Source of the DNA: a virus
Taxonomy: Duplodnaviria; Heunggongvirae; Uroviricota; Caudoviricetes
Strand: one strand, 5' to 3'
Virus record (IMG/VR): IMGVR_UViG_2606217109_000004
DNA: 37,894 nucleotides
Of the stretch, positions 35,794 to 37,894 are shown piece by piece. The notes below the pieces were generated by a model. It worked only from the letters and a program-made list of their open reading frames with translations. It was not told the DNA's origin and did not search any database. The stretch's first letter is position 1; each line of letters starts with the position of its first letter. The position numbers and the translations under genes are program-made.

Positions 35794-36377
35794 CTTTATC
35801 AATGACTTATCTCCCGACTTCCCGCCTTGCTTTTCCTAAACAGAACAATCGTAGAATATTCTTGAAGGGTTAGATCGTCACTGTTTTCTGTTCGATACTG
35901 TGACATTCAGCACTTGATTCGCTATGGATCTGACAGGAAGGTTTTGAGCGAAAATTTGCAGTTATTCAGTCGTTTTCTTATCGGTCACCATTATTCTTTT
36001 AGACATTGATCCTACAAAGCTGCCGCAAAGTTGGTGGTGGGAACTGAAGTTGCGTAGAGAAGGGGTCAATACCCGGAGGCAAACATGGGCTGGCAAAAGT
36101 GTAGCGGTATTAGGCGCAGCTATTTAGCCTAGTTATGTTTTATGAAAACTTGATATCATATAAGTGTCTTACTTATTGGCTGTAAATAAGTTTTTCCTAA
36201 GGAATTGTTTCTTGAGTATCATTTGTAACTGTAACGGAATTTATAATCCTTTGCTTTATTGTTACGGTATTTTTTATCACACCCTATTTTTTATGTGGTT
36301 TTTTATACTGAAGTTTGGCAAAGTGAACTTTATATGCATATACTTCATCCTGGTTTCAGTTAAGTTGGGTGGATGAT

Positions 36378-37121
36378 ATGGCAACTACATGTTCAGTTAT
36401 ATTGATTTTGGAGTCCTTTGATGTTTATTTCGGAAAAGAGAGTGTGTTTCTGGAGAGAGGTTCATCTGTACTTGTCGACTCTAGCTCTAGAGATTTTTTC
36501 CTGACATATCCTGAAAGAGTGATAGTGGCGGATTTTGGCGCTGAGTTTATTAGTCGCTATTTGAAAGCTAATAACTTAAGGGATATTTCTGATTGTAGGG
36601 AATATCCATCTTATTTAAAAATAAACTTTGCTGACTTCAGTTTAATTAAAGGATTAATTAGTTGGGCTAATCACTGTGCTGAATACATAGAAATTTTTGA
36701 TGAGTCTATTGCTTTTACATGTCTCTCTGCATTTTCTTCTGAAAAACAATTTGGAGTATTTCTGTTTGAATGTTTGAAAAGCACAGGGGCTAAAGTTAAA
36801 ACGATTATTCATACGGATTTATCTGCACCATGGCGTCTTAAGGATATATCATCAAGATTATATCTCAGCGAAAGTTTACTAAAGAGGAAATTGAAAGAAG
36901 AGGGGGTATCATTCAGTAAGATCATACTTGATGAGAGGATGCAAATGGCTGAATATTTACTCAGCACTCGTTGTTATCCTATTAGTAAAGTAGCTAAGGT
37001 CTGTGGTTATGCCAGTGTCTCATACTTTACTTATGTATTTAGACGTTATTTTGGTGTTTCTCCAAGTCAATACTCTCAGAGCAGTTCAGAAAGTAAAATT
37101 CTTACTCACCAGGGAATCTGA
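36378..37121 (+). CDS. AraC/XylS-family transcriptional regulator (AppY/YdeO/GadX-like subgroup), AT-rich acquired gene
   Basis: 247-aa ORF with C-terminal double-HTH AraC signature (...SKVAKVCGYASVSYFTYVFRRYFGVSPSQY); GGTGGA ribosome-binding site before ATG at 36378; GC well below the phage genes. Confidence 0.8.
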   Translation: MATTCSVILILESFDVYFGKESVFLERGSSVLVDSSSRDFFLTYPERVIVADFGAEFISRYLKANNLRDISDCREYPSYLKINFADFSLIKGLISWANHCAEYIEIFDESIAFTCLSAFSSEKQFGVFLFECLKSTGAKVKTIIHTDLSAPWRLKDISSRLYLSESLLKRKLKEEGVSFSKIILDERMQMAEYLLSTRCYPISKVAKVCGYASVSYFTYVFRRYFGVSPSQYSQSSSESKILTHQGI

Positions 37122-37630
37122 TCATTGTTCTTGCCCCCTTATTTCCAGACAGGGGGTGTATCTTAAGTTAACGTTACCCGCTGACGTCGATATTCTCGCG
37201 GAGAGCGATAACCCAGCGCACTGTGCGGATGGTTTTCATTGTAATGTTCGATCGCCACTGCAAGATTATGCAATGCCGTTCTTACATTCGGTTTCGGCAT
37301 GAACGCGGTGTAGTCTTCCTTCATCGTTTTCACGAACCTTTCTGCCATTCCATTACTCTGAGGACTGCTGATTGCCGTTGTGCAGGGCTCCAGATTCAAC
37401 TCTCTGGCGAACTGCCATGTTTCATGCGCTCTATACGCTGAACCGTTATCTGTCAGCCACTGGATGGACTGTTCCGGTACTTTATCGCCAAAGCGTTTTT
37501 CTATCGCTCCTAACATGACATCCTGCACTGTCGCTTTATCGTAACCTCCCGTGCTTGCGGCCCAGTCTATGGCTTCACGATCGCAACAGTCCAGGGCGAA
37601 CGTAACACGCAGTTTTGAATCGCCACGGGT
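37122..37630 (-). mobile_element. IS3-family (IS2-like) element fragment: terminal inverted repeat plus 3' part of the orfB transposase; 5' part missing
   Basis: Minus-strand frame open from about 37630 to stop at 37163 encodes ...[38 protein letters not shown]...WLTDNGSAY...[11 protein letters not shown]...[19 protein letters not shown] (second D and E of the DDE triad); IS2-like end TTGCCCCCTTATTTCCAGACA at 37128-37150. Confidence 0.7.
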
Positions 37631-37678
37631 TTAACAGACACCTCAGAGTCATTTAAGATGGCTTAAAGAGAGGTGCCC

Positions 37679-37894
37679 ATGAGCGGTAAGCGTTATCCCG
37701 AAGAGTTTAAAACTGAAGCAGTCAAACAGGTTGTTGATCGCGGTTATTCTGTTGCCAGCGTTGCAACACGTCTCGATATCACCACCCACAGCCTTTATGC
37801 CTGGATAAAGAAGTACGGTCCGGATTACTCCACTTTTTCATCAAGCCAATCCGCCCACCACTGCATCATTTCTCTGCGCTTATCGAGATACTGA
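37679..37894 (+). CDS. IS3-family transposase OrfA (HTH protein), second IS copy, possibly frameshifted; cut by window end
   Basis: Translation MSGKRYPEEFKTEAVKQVVDRGYSVASVATRLDITTHSLYAWIKKYGPD... is a typical IS3-family OrfA N-terminus; RBS AGAGGTG upstream; C-terminal 20 aa atypical. Confidence 0.65.
   Translation: MSGKRYPEEFKTEAVKQVVDRGYSVASVATRLDITTHSLYAWIKKYGPDYSTFSSSQSAHHCIISLRLSRY

Noticed and set aside
35664-35873. 69-aa ORF spanning the tRNA-like sequence
   Set aside because: It reads straight through the tRNA-Ser 3' fragment and surrounding AT-rich DNA with no ribosome-binding site; explained by the tRNA remnant.

Overview
This window is almost entirely the right-hand two-thirds of a lambdoid prophage (a lambda / DLP12-type hybrid) in an E. 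coli/Shigella-like chromosome. All calls are from reading the sequence and ORF translations against remembered protein families; no searches were run. Left to right: an IS30 copy (cut by the window edge) inserted into cII; replication genes O (with the ori iterons) and P; ren and a nin region carrying a Dam-like N6-adenine methyltransferase and RusA; antiterminator Q (quuD-like); an antisense nmpC porin moron; a phage-21/DLP12-type lysis cassette (essD, rrrD, rzpD with embedded rzoD); a small moron cluster (KilA-N protein plus coupled 85-aa ORF, and ybcV/ylcI-like genes on the minus strand); cos; then a complete lambda-type morphogenesis block Nu1-A-W-B-C/Nu3-D-E-FI-FII-Z-U-V-G/T-H-M-L-K-I-J, followed by lom, an enlarged mosaic stf and tfa. 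Past tfa is about 0.85 kb of AT-rich non-coding DNA ending at a 62-nt 3' fragment of a tRNA-Ser(CGA) gene, which I read as the integration-site (att) core and prophage boundary. Beyond it lies an AT-rich islet with an AraC-family regulator abutted by nested IS3-family fragments. No rRNA, intact tRNA or CRISPR array was found. I did not recognise a clearly novel multi-gene system; the strongest leads are the tRNA-fragment boundary, the KilA-N/85-aa pair, the orphan methyltransferase, the mosaic tail fibre and the AraC islet.
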